DNA from: a virus
Lineage: Duplodnaviria; Heunggongvirae; Uroviricota; Caudoviricetes
Length of the DNA stretch: 31,622 nt
Virus record (IMG/VR): IMGVR_UViG_3300028048_000050
Coordinates: 147,494 to 179,115 of that record
Strand: one strand, 5' to 3'
Made by a program: the position numbers and the translations under genes
Notes under the pieces: generated by a model
The model's database searches: none
Seen by the model: the letters and a program-made list of their open reading frames with translations, nothing else
Told to the model about the DNA's origin: nothing
In this document: in pieces, positions 21,564-29,595 of the stretch
Numbering within the stretch: position 1 is the stretch's first letter
Layout: the number at the start of each line of letters is the position of its first letter

Positions 21564-22138
21564 ACAATCTTTTCTAATTTATTTTCTTTAACAAAATCAC
21601 TTAAAGTTTTTCCTCCATCAATAGATGCTATTCCTGGAAAGAAGATTTTTGGAGTGATTTCACCTTTTATCATGTTTTCGATAGTAGCTTTAACACAGTA
21701 ATCTCCTGCAATACCACAAACTACAAAATCTGTAGTAGCATCTGCCGTAGCAATACTATCAAAATAATAACGACTACCTAAATTATCTTGAACATAGTCA
21801 ATATCTTCAAAAGCACCATATTGTTCTACTTCTTCTATAGTACCTTTTTGACTTACTTCATAATTGATATTTAATGATTGAACAAACTTTAAAAGTTTAG
21901 GTTCTATACAAGCTCCAGGTGTATACTGAACACAATGAGCCGGCCATTGACCTCCATTCTTTTTAAATGAAGAATGATTATAAGGATGCCAATCTACAGT
22001 AAAGATAATTTTATCAATTTCTTTCTTTCGATTTTTAATGAACTTTTTAATTTCTTCTAAAGCTGTTTTTGAACCCTTCACTGCTAATGTTCCAGTGATA
22101 AAATCATTTTGACAATCAACGATAATTAAAGTAATCAT
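21560..22138 (-). CDS. pncA: Nicotinamidase (isochorismatase/cysteine hydrolase family)
   Basis: IVDCQNDF..GTLAV, DWHP..H.SF, WPAHCVQYTPGA, KG, CGIAGDYCVKAT; Asp-Lys-Cys triad and metal ligands present. Confidence 0.92.
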   Translation of the reverse strand: MITLIIVDCQNDFITGTLAVKGSKTALEEIKKFIKNRKKEIDKIIFTVDWHPYNHSSFKKNGGQWPAHCVQYTPGACIEPKLLKFVQSLNINYEVSQKGTIEEVEQYGAFEDIDYVQDNLGSRYYFDSIATADATTDFVVCGIAGDYCVKATIENMIKGEITPKIFFPGIASIDGGKTLSDFVKENKLEKIV

Positions 22139-22141
22139 AAT

Positions 22142-22333
22142 TTAATTTTTTATAAAAGGATTATTGTGAAAATTCAATTTTTTAGAGAAATATGTATGAG
22201 CATCTAATAATACAAATACAATAAAATAAGCTACTACTCCTGCAATTATACTTCTAGATGCCACAGAGGCTGCTATTATTGTTGACCATACAAATAAAAC
22301 GTCGTTAGCGCAAGTTAATAATGTCTTTTTCAT
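22142..22333 (-). CDS. Small membrane protein
   Basis: Two hydrophobic segments, VLFVWSTIIAASVA and IIAGVVAYFIVFVLL. Confidence 0.6.
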   Translation of the reverse strand: MKKTLLTCANDVLFVWSTIIAASVASRSIIAGVVAYFIVFVLLDAHTYFSKKLNFHNNPFIKN

Positions 22334-22806
22334 ACAATGTGTTCTTTAACTATTTCGGAAATTAATTTACCATCTGCTGTTGGGTATATGTTTTTAATTT
22401 CCTTAATAACTTTTCCCATTTCCTTTTGAGTAAATCCATTTGGATAAGCAGTTACAACAGCTTCTTGAATTTGTTCTTTAGAAATTTCGGGAGGAAGAAG
22501 TTCTTTAAGATACTTCATTTGTTCTCTATACATATCAGCTAAATCTTTACGACTATTAGCATCATACATAGAAACTTGTTCTTCTCTTTCTTTAATTAGT
22601 TTTCTAATAATATATAAATCAAGTTCATTGATTTCTATATTTTCTATCCAAGAATCTAATCCTGTTACACAAATAAATTTTCCTTTTGGTTTTGGATTCT
22701 TAGAAGAAGCATTTAAAAGTAACTCAGCTTTAACAGCTCTAAAAGCTTCTTTAGCAGCACCATTCTTATCTAGAGTTGCTATTTTAATTAATTTATCAAT
22801 ATCCAT
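22330..22806 (-). CDS. GatB/YqeY domain protein
   Basis: IIRKLIKEREE..MY..R.DLA..E..YL.ELLP..IS.E.I, KEMGKVI, ADGKLISEIVK. Confidence 0.85.
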   Translation of the reverse strand: MDIDKLIKIATLDKNGAAKEAFRAVKAELLLNASSKNPKPKGKFICVTGLDSWIENIEINELDLYIIRKLIKEREEQVSMYDANSRKDLADMYREQMKYLKELLPPEISKEQIQEAVVTAYPNGFTQKEMGKVIKEIKNIYPTADGKLISEIVKEHIV

Positions 22807-22809
22807 AAT

Positions 22810-23010
22810 TTACCAACAATCATAATCAGTTATATTTTCTTTTTCATCACATATACTACAATGAATACTACAAGCATCACCTATAGAAGTAGGAGTAAAT
22901 ATATAATTTATATGTCCTCCTATAGCTCCTTTATATACTTCAGGATGTCTATGTTTTCTTTGGAAAGCTTTGGCTCTCTCTGTTTCCACTTCATTTAATT
23001 CAAACTTCAT
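22810..23010 (-). CDS. Hypothetical protein (FTPTSIG, CxxC, ITDY motif)
   Basis: GAIGG..YIFTPTSIG..CSIC..NITDY..W resembles a common small phage family. Confidence 0.7.
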   Translation of the reverse strand: MKFELNEVETERAKAFQRKHRHPEVYKGAIGGHINYIFTPTSIGDACSIHCSICDEKENITDYDCW

Positions 23011-23320
23011 AATCGTAATTTATTTCTATTTTAGTAGGTAAACCTTTCCATAAACAGCTTTCGATTAGAACATATTTTTCATTTGGAGTTATCATATAAT
23101 ACCAACAATCGCTTTCCCAACCATTAGTATCAAAGTCCATATGAGCATCCTCTTTCCAACCTCTTTCTTCTGCACATTTAACTACTAAAGAAAATGGAAC
23201 ATTGTCACCTAAAACAATTGTTTCTTCTTCTCCATTTTCAATGTCTGAAAGAGCATTCATTATTCCGGTTCTTAAATATTTAAGACCTTGTTCAATATCA
23301 GTTTTAATATATTTATTCAT
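23000..23320 (-). CDS. Hypothetical protein
   Basis: Track ORF 23000-23338; ATG 23320 (MNKYIK) fits the packing with the upstream small ORF; DTNGWE.D.W motif. Confidence 0.65.
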   Translation of the reverse strand: MNKYIKTDIEQGLKYLRTGIMNALSDIENGEEETIVLGDNVPFSLVVKCAEERGWKEDAHMDFDTNGWESDCWYYMITPNEKYVLIESCLWKGLPTKIEINYDYEV

Positions 23321-23444
23321 AATTACATTCAGGATCATAAGGATCTACCGTACAATCACGATCATTACAATAATTACGGATACTTCCGTCAGGCCTTTTC
23401 TCCTCACGGAAGTATCCACAGTGATAACAATTACTATAGTGCAT
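23313..23444 (-). CDS. Small Cys-rich protein, 43 aa
   Basis: MHYSNCYHCGYFREEKRPDGSIRNYCNDRDCTVDPYDPECNYE. Confidence 0.55.
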   Translation of the reverse strand: MHYSNCYHCGYFREEKRPDGSIRNYCNDRDCTVDPYDPECNYE

Positions 23445-23446
23445 AA

Positions 23447-23614
23447 TTATTTCTTCTTACCTTCTCCAGTACGAATTTCTCTACCACACACGGTACAACG
23501 ATATCCATCTACTTTAGGTTCTTTACCTTTAGCATTGAATAATCTCATGTTTTTACCATAAAATTCATCTTGAAAGTCATTTTTACAAGTACATTGAAAT
23601 ACTGCTGTTTCCAT
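23447..23614 (-). CDS. Small zinc-binding protein, 55 aa
   Basis: METAVFQCTCKNDFQDEFYGKNMRLFNAKGKEPKVDGYRCTVCGREIRTGEGKKK; CxC..FQD..YG..R..N..RCTVCG pattern. Confidence 0.7.
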   Translation of the reverse strand: METAVFQCTCKNDFQDEFYGKNMRLFNAKGKEPKVDGYRCTVCGREIRTGEGKKK

Positions 23615-23620
23615 ATTTTT

Positions 23621-24178
23621 TTAATTTAAAGAATTAATATAATCATTTACTTTTAATGGGAATAACTCAGTATCAGCTAACCCACAAGATTTAATTTCAG
23701 GACAATGTCCCCTATAAATACAGGAAGGAACACAAGCTGCTGCCAATTCTGGTTCTGTTTTTCTAAGTTCTTCTACTACTTGTCTCCAGATTTCCCTAGT
23801 TTTAGATTCTGCTTTACTACACAACCTTACTTTACTAATATTAATTATTTCTTGTGCATTAAGAAATAATCTCATATTAACAGGATCAATTTTCTTTTGT
23901 TCTTCTCTAGGAATTTGTTTACCATCAATGTCTGGGCGCGAGGTACTTACGAATGGTTGAGCATGAACGTGTCTAACTAAATGTACTGAGACATAGTTAG
24001 GAATATCATAAAAGTCAATATTAAACATTAAGCATCTTAAAGGAGAGTGCTCTGCTTTTATAATTTTCTTTTTCCAAGCGATAGAAGGTTCTCCACTACG
24101 AGGATCTTTTCTTTGGGTAAATCTAGCAGCATTTAAAACGTCAGTCCAAGATGTTACTTTAGTTATTTCAATCTTCAT
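23621..24178 (-). CDS. thyX: Flavin-dependent thymidylate synthase-like protein (ThyX/Thy1)
   Basis: AARFT, EHSPLR, VSVHLVRH..STSR, RLC..A..TR; short, divergent form. Confidence 0.7.
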   Translation of the reverse strand: MKIEITKVTSWTDVLNAARFTQRKDPRSGEPSIAWKKKIIKAEHSPLRCLMFNIDFYDIPNYVSVHLVRHVHAQPFVSTSRPDIDGKQIPREEQKKIDPVNMRLFLNAQEIINISKVRLCSKAESKTREIWRQVVEELRKTEPELAAACVPSCIYRGHCPEIKSCGLADTELFPLKVNDYINSLN

Positions 24179-24521
24179 ATTCTTGTTCTAATTTTAATTG
24201 TCTAATTCTTTCTTTACAATCATGAATAATTTTTTCATAATCCATCATTCTTGATTCTCCTTGTTTAGTTCTAAGGACTCTCTTTATAATATCTTGATCC
24301 CAGCCTGTTAAGTTAGGATAAGCTAACCATATAGTCCAAGGTTGAATTATATGTTTAGAATAATCACTCTTTCCAACGTTAAAAGCTCTTACATCTTCTT
24401 CATCATGTTCACGAATTATTCCAAGTTTTCTTAGTTCTTTATATAAACTAAAATCAATCTTTACTTGAGGATTAGATACAGGTTCAGACTCTTGTATTAT
24501 AGTACTATTTAAATCACTCAT
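24168..24521 (-). CDS. DUF3310-like protein (T7 gp1.7 nucleotide kinase-related)
   Basis: NVG.SDY..IQPW..DIIKRVLR.K..DYEKIIH; located next to thyX. Confidence 0.6.
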   Translation of the reverse strand: MSDLNSTIIQESEPVSNPQVKIDFSLYKELRKLGIIREHDEEDVRAFNVGKSDYSKHIIQPWTIWLAYPNLTGWDQDIIKRVLRTKQGESRMMDYEKIIHDCKERIRQLKLEQEYED

Positions 24522-24804
24522 TTACTGTTTCTTTACCTTTAGTCATTAATATCATACAAGTTCCAACAAAACCTACAACAACATCTCTTTGTGACTTTGT
24601 AAGATATGATTTCTTATCTTGTATTATATCGTATTCATCTAGAAATGCTTGAGAAAGATCAAAAGGTTTTATAGGATCTTTATGTAAACCTATAATTCTT
24701 TCTTTTAAATCATTTTTAATCCAATTTAAATGACTATTCATAATCTCTAACAATTTTTCCTCAGTCATTTCTGGTGTCTGATAAATAAGTTCTTTAATTT
24801 TCAT
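24514..24804 (-). CDS. Hypothetical protein
   Basis: ORF overlapping both neighbours; EY.IIQ.KKS.L.KSQRD motif. Confidence 0.65.
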   Translation of the reverse strand: MKIKELIYQTPEMTEEKLLEIMNSHLNWIKNDLKERIIGLHKDPIKPFDLSQAFLDEYDIIQDKKSYLTKSQRDVVVGFVGTCMILMTKGKETVNE

Positions 24805-24976
24805 TTTTAGGTTTAATACTAATTATATTTTGTTCTATTAAAGCATCAAAATCATCGAATATGAAGTTACCATCCCCATATTCAATTTTATGCTTTGCAT
24901 CTTCTTCAGAACTAGCTTCTACTTCATATTCTACTGTACTCCAAGTTAATTCTTTACATATAACTGTATATTTCAT
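24794..24976 (-). CDS. Hypothetical protein
   Basis: MKYTV..YEVEASSEEDA small phage-type ORF; ATG 24976 gives an ATGA overlap. Confidence 0.6.
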   Translation of the reverse strand: MKYTVICKELTWSTVEYEVEASSEEDAKHKIEYGDGNFIFDDFDALIEQNIISIKPKNEN

Positions 24977-25593
24977 AAACAATATAATAAAGTTGGATTA
25001 TTTTTATGAACATCTACATCTGGATACTTTTCTTTAAATTGTTGAAGATTAAAAGGTTCTGTCAATAAATGATATCCATTATTAGTAGGAATAATGCTAA
25101 TTATTTTAGTTTCTATATATCCCTCTAAAGTATATTTTATAGGAGCACATTGTTCATCAATATAATCAGCTATTTCTCTATAAGCTACTTCTTTTAAATT
25201 ATCTTCAGGATTATTATCAATGTCTACAACCCATATAGATTCTTCACTTTTTATTTCTCCAGCACAAGTATTCCAAGACTTCCAAATTTTCTTAAAATCA
25301 CCTTCGTAAGCTCTTTGTGCAAGATATTTTAATTGTAGCATTGTAGTCTTTTTAATAGATTTTGGTGCTAAATTAATATATGCTCTTGCTCCAAAAAATT
25401 CACAAAGTTTTTTGATTTCATCTTCAACATAATCTAAACTTTCCAAACTACAAATAAAGTAAGATTTAATTACTCTATTCGCAGCGGGAAGTTCAGGATG
25501 GTCTTTACCTCTTCTAAGAATTTGTAAATGATAGTAAATATCATCATTAGGAAATTCTAAAAGAGGTTTTATTAACTTAAAATTATCAACCAT
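24973..25593 (-). CDS. Conserved phage protein, possibly an AEP (primase-polymerase) superfamily catalytic domain
   Basis: WVVDID (motif I-like) and PTNNGYHL (motif II-like); directly downstream of polA. Confidence 0.5.
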   Translation of the reverse strand: MVDNFKLIKPLLEFPNDDIYYHLQILRRGKDHPELPAANRVIKSYFICSLESLDYVEDEIKKLCEFFGARAYINLAPKSIKKTTMLQLKYLAQRAYEGDFKKIWKSWNTCAGEIKSEESIWVVDIDNNPEDNLKEVAYREIADYIDEQCAPIKYTLEGYIETKIISIIPTNNGYHLLTEPFNLQQFKEKYPDVDVHKNNPTLLYCL

Positions 25594-25610
25594 ATCACAA
25601 CTTATCTATA

Positions 25611-27935
25611 TTAGTGAATCCAATAATTAGGTAAACTTCCATCATCTAATCTAGCAATATCAGTAGACAGTGGTAGCCTTGTACAAAATGGTTTAGCTCC
25701 TTTTTCCATACACTTTTGAAGTACCAAAGCAACTTCTTCCGCAATCTCTTCTGGAGCTTCTATATTATATTCATCATGAACTGGAATACAAATCTTTACT
25801 TTATTCTGTAAATTGTTTTTTACAATCCATTTAAATAATAATATTCCAGCATATTTTGAACACATTGCACCTCTATTTTGTATTCTATAATTAATAGACT
25901 GTTTTTCAATGTCGGATTTGATTCCAAAATACTTTTTAATTTCCAGAACTTCTTCACAATATGGATCATATTTTTTCATATATCCATAATTCTCCCAAAA
26001 CTCTGGGGAATTCATATTATTTTGAATTTTACTCCATTTATTTTCCCAATCAGGAATATGTGCACGATGTCCAGTAATAGGATTCATTAGAATATATCCA
26101 TCTCTTACAACAGCTTGCCTACAATACTTTTGATATTTAGCTACTCCAGAGAAACCCTTCATATAAGAGTCATAGATTTTCTTAGCTTCTGTTGGATCTA
26201 ATCCATTATTTTGTACTAACGTTTTATCAGTACCACCATAATTAATAGCAAATTCAACTTTCTTAGCTTCTTGTCTATAGGGTTTATAAAAATGAGAAAT
26301 ATCTTCAATTTTAGTATCTCTTGGGATTATATCTGGATAAGACATATATGCTACTAGACTATGCATATCAGCACATTCTCCTGGATCATAAATATGAAGC
26401 ATGGCAGAATCATTAGCTACACTTGCAATAATTCTAGATTCTTGTGATTGATAATCTTCAGAAATAAATTTATTACCTTTTTCACAAACAAAACAAGCTC
26501 TAGTTTCAGCATCTCTTGGAAGTTGTTGCATATTTACAGCAGATTCACCTCCACCACAACTTAATCTAGCACTATCAGTTCCTAATTGATGGAAATCAGC
26601 ATGAATTCTATGAGTTACAGGATTAACAGCCTTTAGCCATTTTTCTCCAAATGAATCACAAACTTTTTCAGCTTTTTTGAATTCAACATAAGCATCAGTA
26701 AGTTCTGGACATATATGTCTTTGAGATTTTATGACTTCTGCAGCAACACTTTTCTTTTTTCTTTTCTCTTTTTTATCGAATATTTCTATGTTATATCCCA
26801 TAAATTCAAAGAAAGGAGCTATTTGTTTACTACTAGACCAATTTAAATTACAAAAAGGATCAGTATTGAATCCTTCAAATAGGTCTCCTTGCAAGTTTTG
26901 ATCAACATAAGGAAAAGGAAATTCTAATTCTTCACAATATAAAAGTCCTAAATCATCATTACCAGAATTTCTAGTATAATATCTTTTAACTTTGTTAGAA
27001 GGATTCCAAATTTTTATATTATACTTACTAAGTTCCTCCTGATTATGTACCCATTGAGTATCAACAATATGTTCAGTAACAACAGTTTTATTCCTTATAT
27101 TACCTCCATGAAGATTAAAATATTTTAGTACAAAAGTATTTAATTTATTAATAGCTGAATCTAAATTAGCTTGATCTTTAGCCATTTTAGTCTTCCATTT
27201 GTCTACATCTAATTTAGCTCCACAGAATTCTGTATAAGCTATAACTTTAACAAATTCATTTTCAAAATCACAAGCTTTTTGAAGATTTTCTCTATTAATA
27301 TCAATTTGTTGAGATGCTTCAATATCTTCTAGATATTCTACATCAGTACCAGCATACTGCACGACTTCTGGAGTTAATCCTACTTTAGTAATTTGTCCTC
27401 TTACTGTTTTATCAAGGTCTATATTAAGTCTATTTTTAGCTACTGCTTTTAATGCTGTGGAGAATTTATACATAATATCTCCATCTTTATTTCTAAATTC
27501 TAAATATGGCCATTTATATTGATTTGTTTCATATTCATATGGAAAGATACCTTTATAAAATGTAGAAGTACCCCAACCTAACCATATTAATTGTTCTCTT
27601 AACATAGTATCAACAACGTGTTTAGGCCATATATCATAATAATAAAGATATTTCAAATCAAATCCTATATTATGTCCTATAAATTCTCTATCAGACTCAA
27701 ACATATCTTTAAATAGAGTTATGGGATAAGAAGCTTGATCAAATACAAATTGATTTTCTTTATGACCTAATTGATAACAGAGTAGAGGTTTAGTATGTAC
27801 ATCTAAACCCATAGTCTCTGTATCAAATTGTTGTCTTTTAAGTTCCCATAAATACTCTTTAGCATCTTTGAAACTTATTTCTTTATATAGGTCAGTTTCA
27901 AATAGACTCTTCTGTTTGCTTATTAAATATATCAT
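25611..27935 (-). CDS. polA: DNA polymerase, family A, with 3'-5' exonuclease
   Basis: ExoI FDTET, ExoII GHNIGFDL, ExoIII YAGTD; motif A DYQSQESRI, motif B RQEAKKVEFAINYG, motif C VHDE; 774 aa. Confidence 0.95.
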   Translation of the reverse strand: MIYLISKQKSLFETDLYKEISFKDAKEYLWELKRQQFDTETMGLDVHTKPLLCYQLGHKENQFVFDQASYPITLFKDMFESDREFIGHNIGFDLKYLYYYDIWPKHVVDTMLREQLIWLGWGTSTFYKGIFPYEYETNQYKWPYLEFRNKDGDIMYKFSTALKAVAKNRLNIDLDKTVRGQITKVGLTPEVVQYAGTDVEYLEDIEASQQIDINRENLQKACDFENEFVKVIAYTEFCGAKLDVDKWKTKMAKDQANLDSAINKLNTFVLKYFNLHGGNIRNKTVVTEHIVDTQWVHNQEELSKYNIKIWNPSNKVKRYYTRNSGNDDLGLLYCEELEFPFPYVDQNLQGDLFEGFNTDPFCNLNWSSSKQIAPFFEFMGYNIEIFDKKEKRKKKSVAAEVIKSQRHICPELTDAYVEFKKAEKVCDSFGEKWLKAVNPVTHRIHADFHQLGTDSARLSCGGGESAVNMQQLPRDAETRACFVCEKGNKFISEDYQSQESRIIASVANDSAMLHIYDPGECADMHSLVAYMSYPDIIPRDTKIEDISHFYKPYRQEAKKVEFAINYGGTDKTLVQNNGLDPTEAKKIYDSYMKGFSGVAKYQKYCRQAVVRDGYILMNPITGHRAHIPDWENKWSKIQNNMNSPEFWENYGYMKKYDPYCEEVLEIKKYFGIKSDIEKQSINYRIQNRGAMCSKYAGILLFKWIVKNNLQNKVKICIPVHDEYNIEAPEEIAEEVALVLQKCMEKGAKPFCTRLPLSTDIARLDDGSLPNYWIH

Positions 27936-28284
27936 TATTTATACATGACATATCCTTTACAATAATTATCTTAGGCTCCCAAATTTCTCCAGCTTTACCT
28001 TTATTACAACCAAATCCTACATATTTAATATCTGGAAAATAATTAAATAAATAAGGAGCAACTAATGTTGTACAATTAGGACATTCGTAATCACCTATAT
28101 ATAAAGTTACATGACTTCCAGGCATATAATAACCACGAATGGCAAACATCCAATTGTAACCATATTTCTTTGACAGAAATACATGCATATCATTTTTATC
28201 CATATTAGAAGGAGTACTAATATGCAAATCATCTCCTTCTAACCAAATAGGTATTCTTTTCTCTAAAAATTCTTTTTCAGTCAT
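27898..28284 (-). CDS. Hypothetical protein
   Basis: ORF in the packed operon. Confidence 0.65.
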   Translation of the reverse strand: MTEKEFLEKRIPIWLEGDDLHISTPSNMDKNDMHVFLSKKYGYNWMFAIRGYYMPGSHVTLYIGDYECPNCTTLVAPYLFNYFPDIKYVGFGCNKGKAGEIWEPKIIIVKDMSCINNDIFNKQTEESI

Positions 28285-28538
28285 TTTTTCATTTGAGCTT
28301 TTACTCTATTTAATTCGTCATGAAAATACTCTTTCTTAAGATTATATTCACAATCAGTTGTTTCTATAAAATCTTCTATATAATATCTTTCTGTAACGAA
28401 ATCAATAAAATCATCTATTGTACAATCATCTATTGAAAGTTCTTCTTCATCAAAACTTCTATCAAAACTTCTTATATATTCCTCTATGATATCATCATCA
28501 ATTTCTAATTGATTATAGATTATCTCGTTGAACCTCAT
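28281..28538 (-). CDS. Small, highly acidic hypothetical protein
   Basis: 85 aa, roughly one third Asp/Glu. Confidence 0.65.
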   Translation of the reverse strand: MRFNEIIYNQLEIDDDIIEEYIRSFDRSFDEEELSIDDCTIDDFIDFVTERYYIEDFIETTDCEYNLKKEYFHDELNRVKAQMKK

Positions 28539-28875
28539 TTAGTTTAGTATTTAAAAATTCAATAAATTTAGATTCTCTAGGCCACGCTACTTTACCAGTC
28601 CATTTATGTCCCCAAGAATCTATATAATTTATACCTACCTTTATTCCTTTATTAGTATAAGTCTTTTTATATAACTCTAGTAATTGTTCTGGAGTATAAC
28701 CTTTACTTAAATGCTTTTCAAGATCTAAGAAGTAAGTTAAAAATATCTCATTTAATGTACATTTAGGCTTCATTATTTTATTTCCATTAGGAAATATTAT
28801 TCCTATTTGCCATACAGGAGTTACTTTGGTTGGAAGCCTTACAGTTCTTGTGGTAATCCCTTTAGTCTTTGCCAT
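28513..28875 (-). CDS. Hypothetical basic protein
   Basis: Track ORF 28513-28908; ATG 28875 (MAKTKG) is the more plausible start. Confidence 0.6.
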   Translation of the reverse strand: MAKTKGITTRTVRLPTKVTPVWQIGIIFPNGNKIMKPKCTLNEIFLTYFLDLEKHLSKGYTPEQLLELYKKTYTNKGIKVGINYIDSWGHKWTGKVAWPRESKFIEFLNTKLNEVQRDNL

Positions 28876-29102
28876 TCTAACATAAATTGCCCATAAGTTG
28901 TATCCCAAAATTCTGTTCCTAATGATTCTTCATAAAGACAATATCCATTTTCCATATTTGGATATTTCATCCATTTATGAATATAATCCTTAATTTCATC
29001 ATTTAATTCTTCAATAGTAGTACAATGAACAAAATCTTTTGGATCTAATTCTATATCTTCTTCTGTTCTAAGTAACCAATTATTTTCAATTCTAAATTTC
29101 AT
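28839..29102 (-). CDS. Hypothetical protein
   Basis: ORF in the packed operon. Confidence 0.65.
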   Translation of the reverse strand: MKFRIENNWLLRTEEDIELDPKDFVHCTTIEELNDEIKDYIHKWMKYPNMENGYCLYEESLGTEFWDTTYGQFMLEWQRLKGLPQEL

Positions 29103-29269
29103 TATTTTACAGATTTTAATTGATCTTTAATAACATAAATACTAACTATGGGTTCATTAGAATGATAAATAGTTTCATTAGGAAATTTTAACTTTAAAGT
29201 AGAATAATCTTCCGAAATACTATCTATTAAATAACCACAATCATTTTTAGATATAGTAAAATAAATCAT
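29102..29269 (-). CDS. Hypothetical protein, 55 aa
   Basis: MIYFTISKNDCGYLIDSISEDYSTLKLKFPNETIYHSNEPIVSIYVIKDQLKSVK; ATGA and TAATG overlaps at its two ends. Confidence 0.55.
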   Translation of the reverse strand: MIYFTISKNDCGYLIDSISEDYSTLKLKFPNETIYHSNEPIVSIYVIKDQLKSVK

Positions 29270-29595
29270 TTTCTAGTAGTTAAATATTCATAAAAGAAGT
29301 TGGAAAATGCACAAGCAAGTTCTTCTGAAGAATCTCCGTTAAAATAATATCCAAAACAATGACCTAATTCATGTAAATATGTTTTTATAAATTCATTGTC
29401 TGGTATATCAGAAACAGTACCCTTATCATTGATATATGTTTTAGCTATTCTTATTCTATGGGCAAGATTAACAAAATCTCCCAAAGCTCCGTCTAAATCA
29501 TTATCTGAATTATTAACTACTTCTACATTATAAGTACAACCTCCTACTGTAAATTTAGAAGGAATTACAAAAGAGTCTTTAACGTTTTCCCACAT
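29266..29595 (-). CDS. Small zincin-like (HExxH) metallopeptidase-domain protein
   Basis: YNVEVV..GDF..IRI..TYLHELGH..EELAC. Confidence 0.7.
   Translation of the reverse strand: MWENVKDSFVIPSKFTVGGCTYNVEVVNNSDNDLDGALGDFVNLAHRIRIAKTYINDKGTVSDIPDNEFIKTYLHELGHCFGYYFNGDSSEELACAFSNFFYEYLTTRK

Noticed and set aside
25611-27935. Intein or intron in polA
   Set aside because: The ORF is continuous and of normal length, and the thumb insert lacks intein splice-junction (C...HN) and LAGLIDADG motifs.
28448-28471. Short tandem duplication atcaaaacttct x2 (RSFDRSFD), and similar micro-repeats such as IQNIQN near 5241
   Set aside because: Two-copy in-frame micro-duplications are expected in AT-rich coding DNA, and there is no sign of function.
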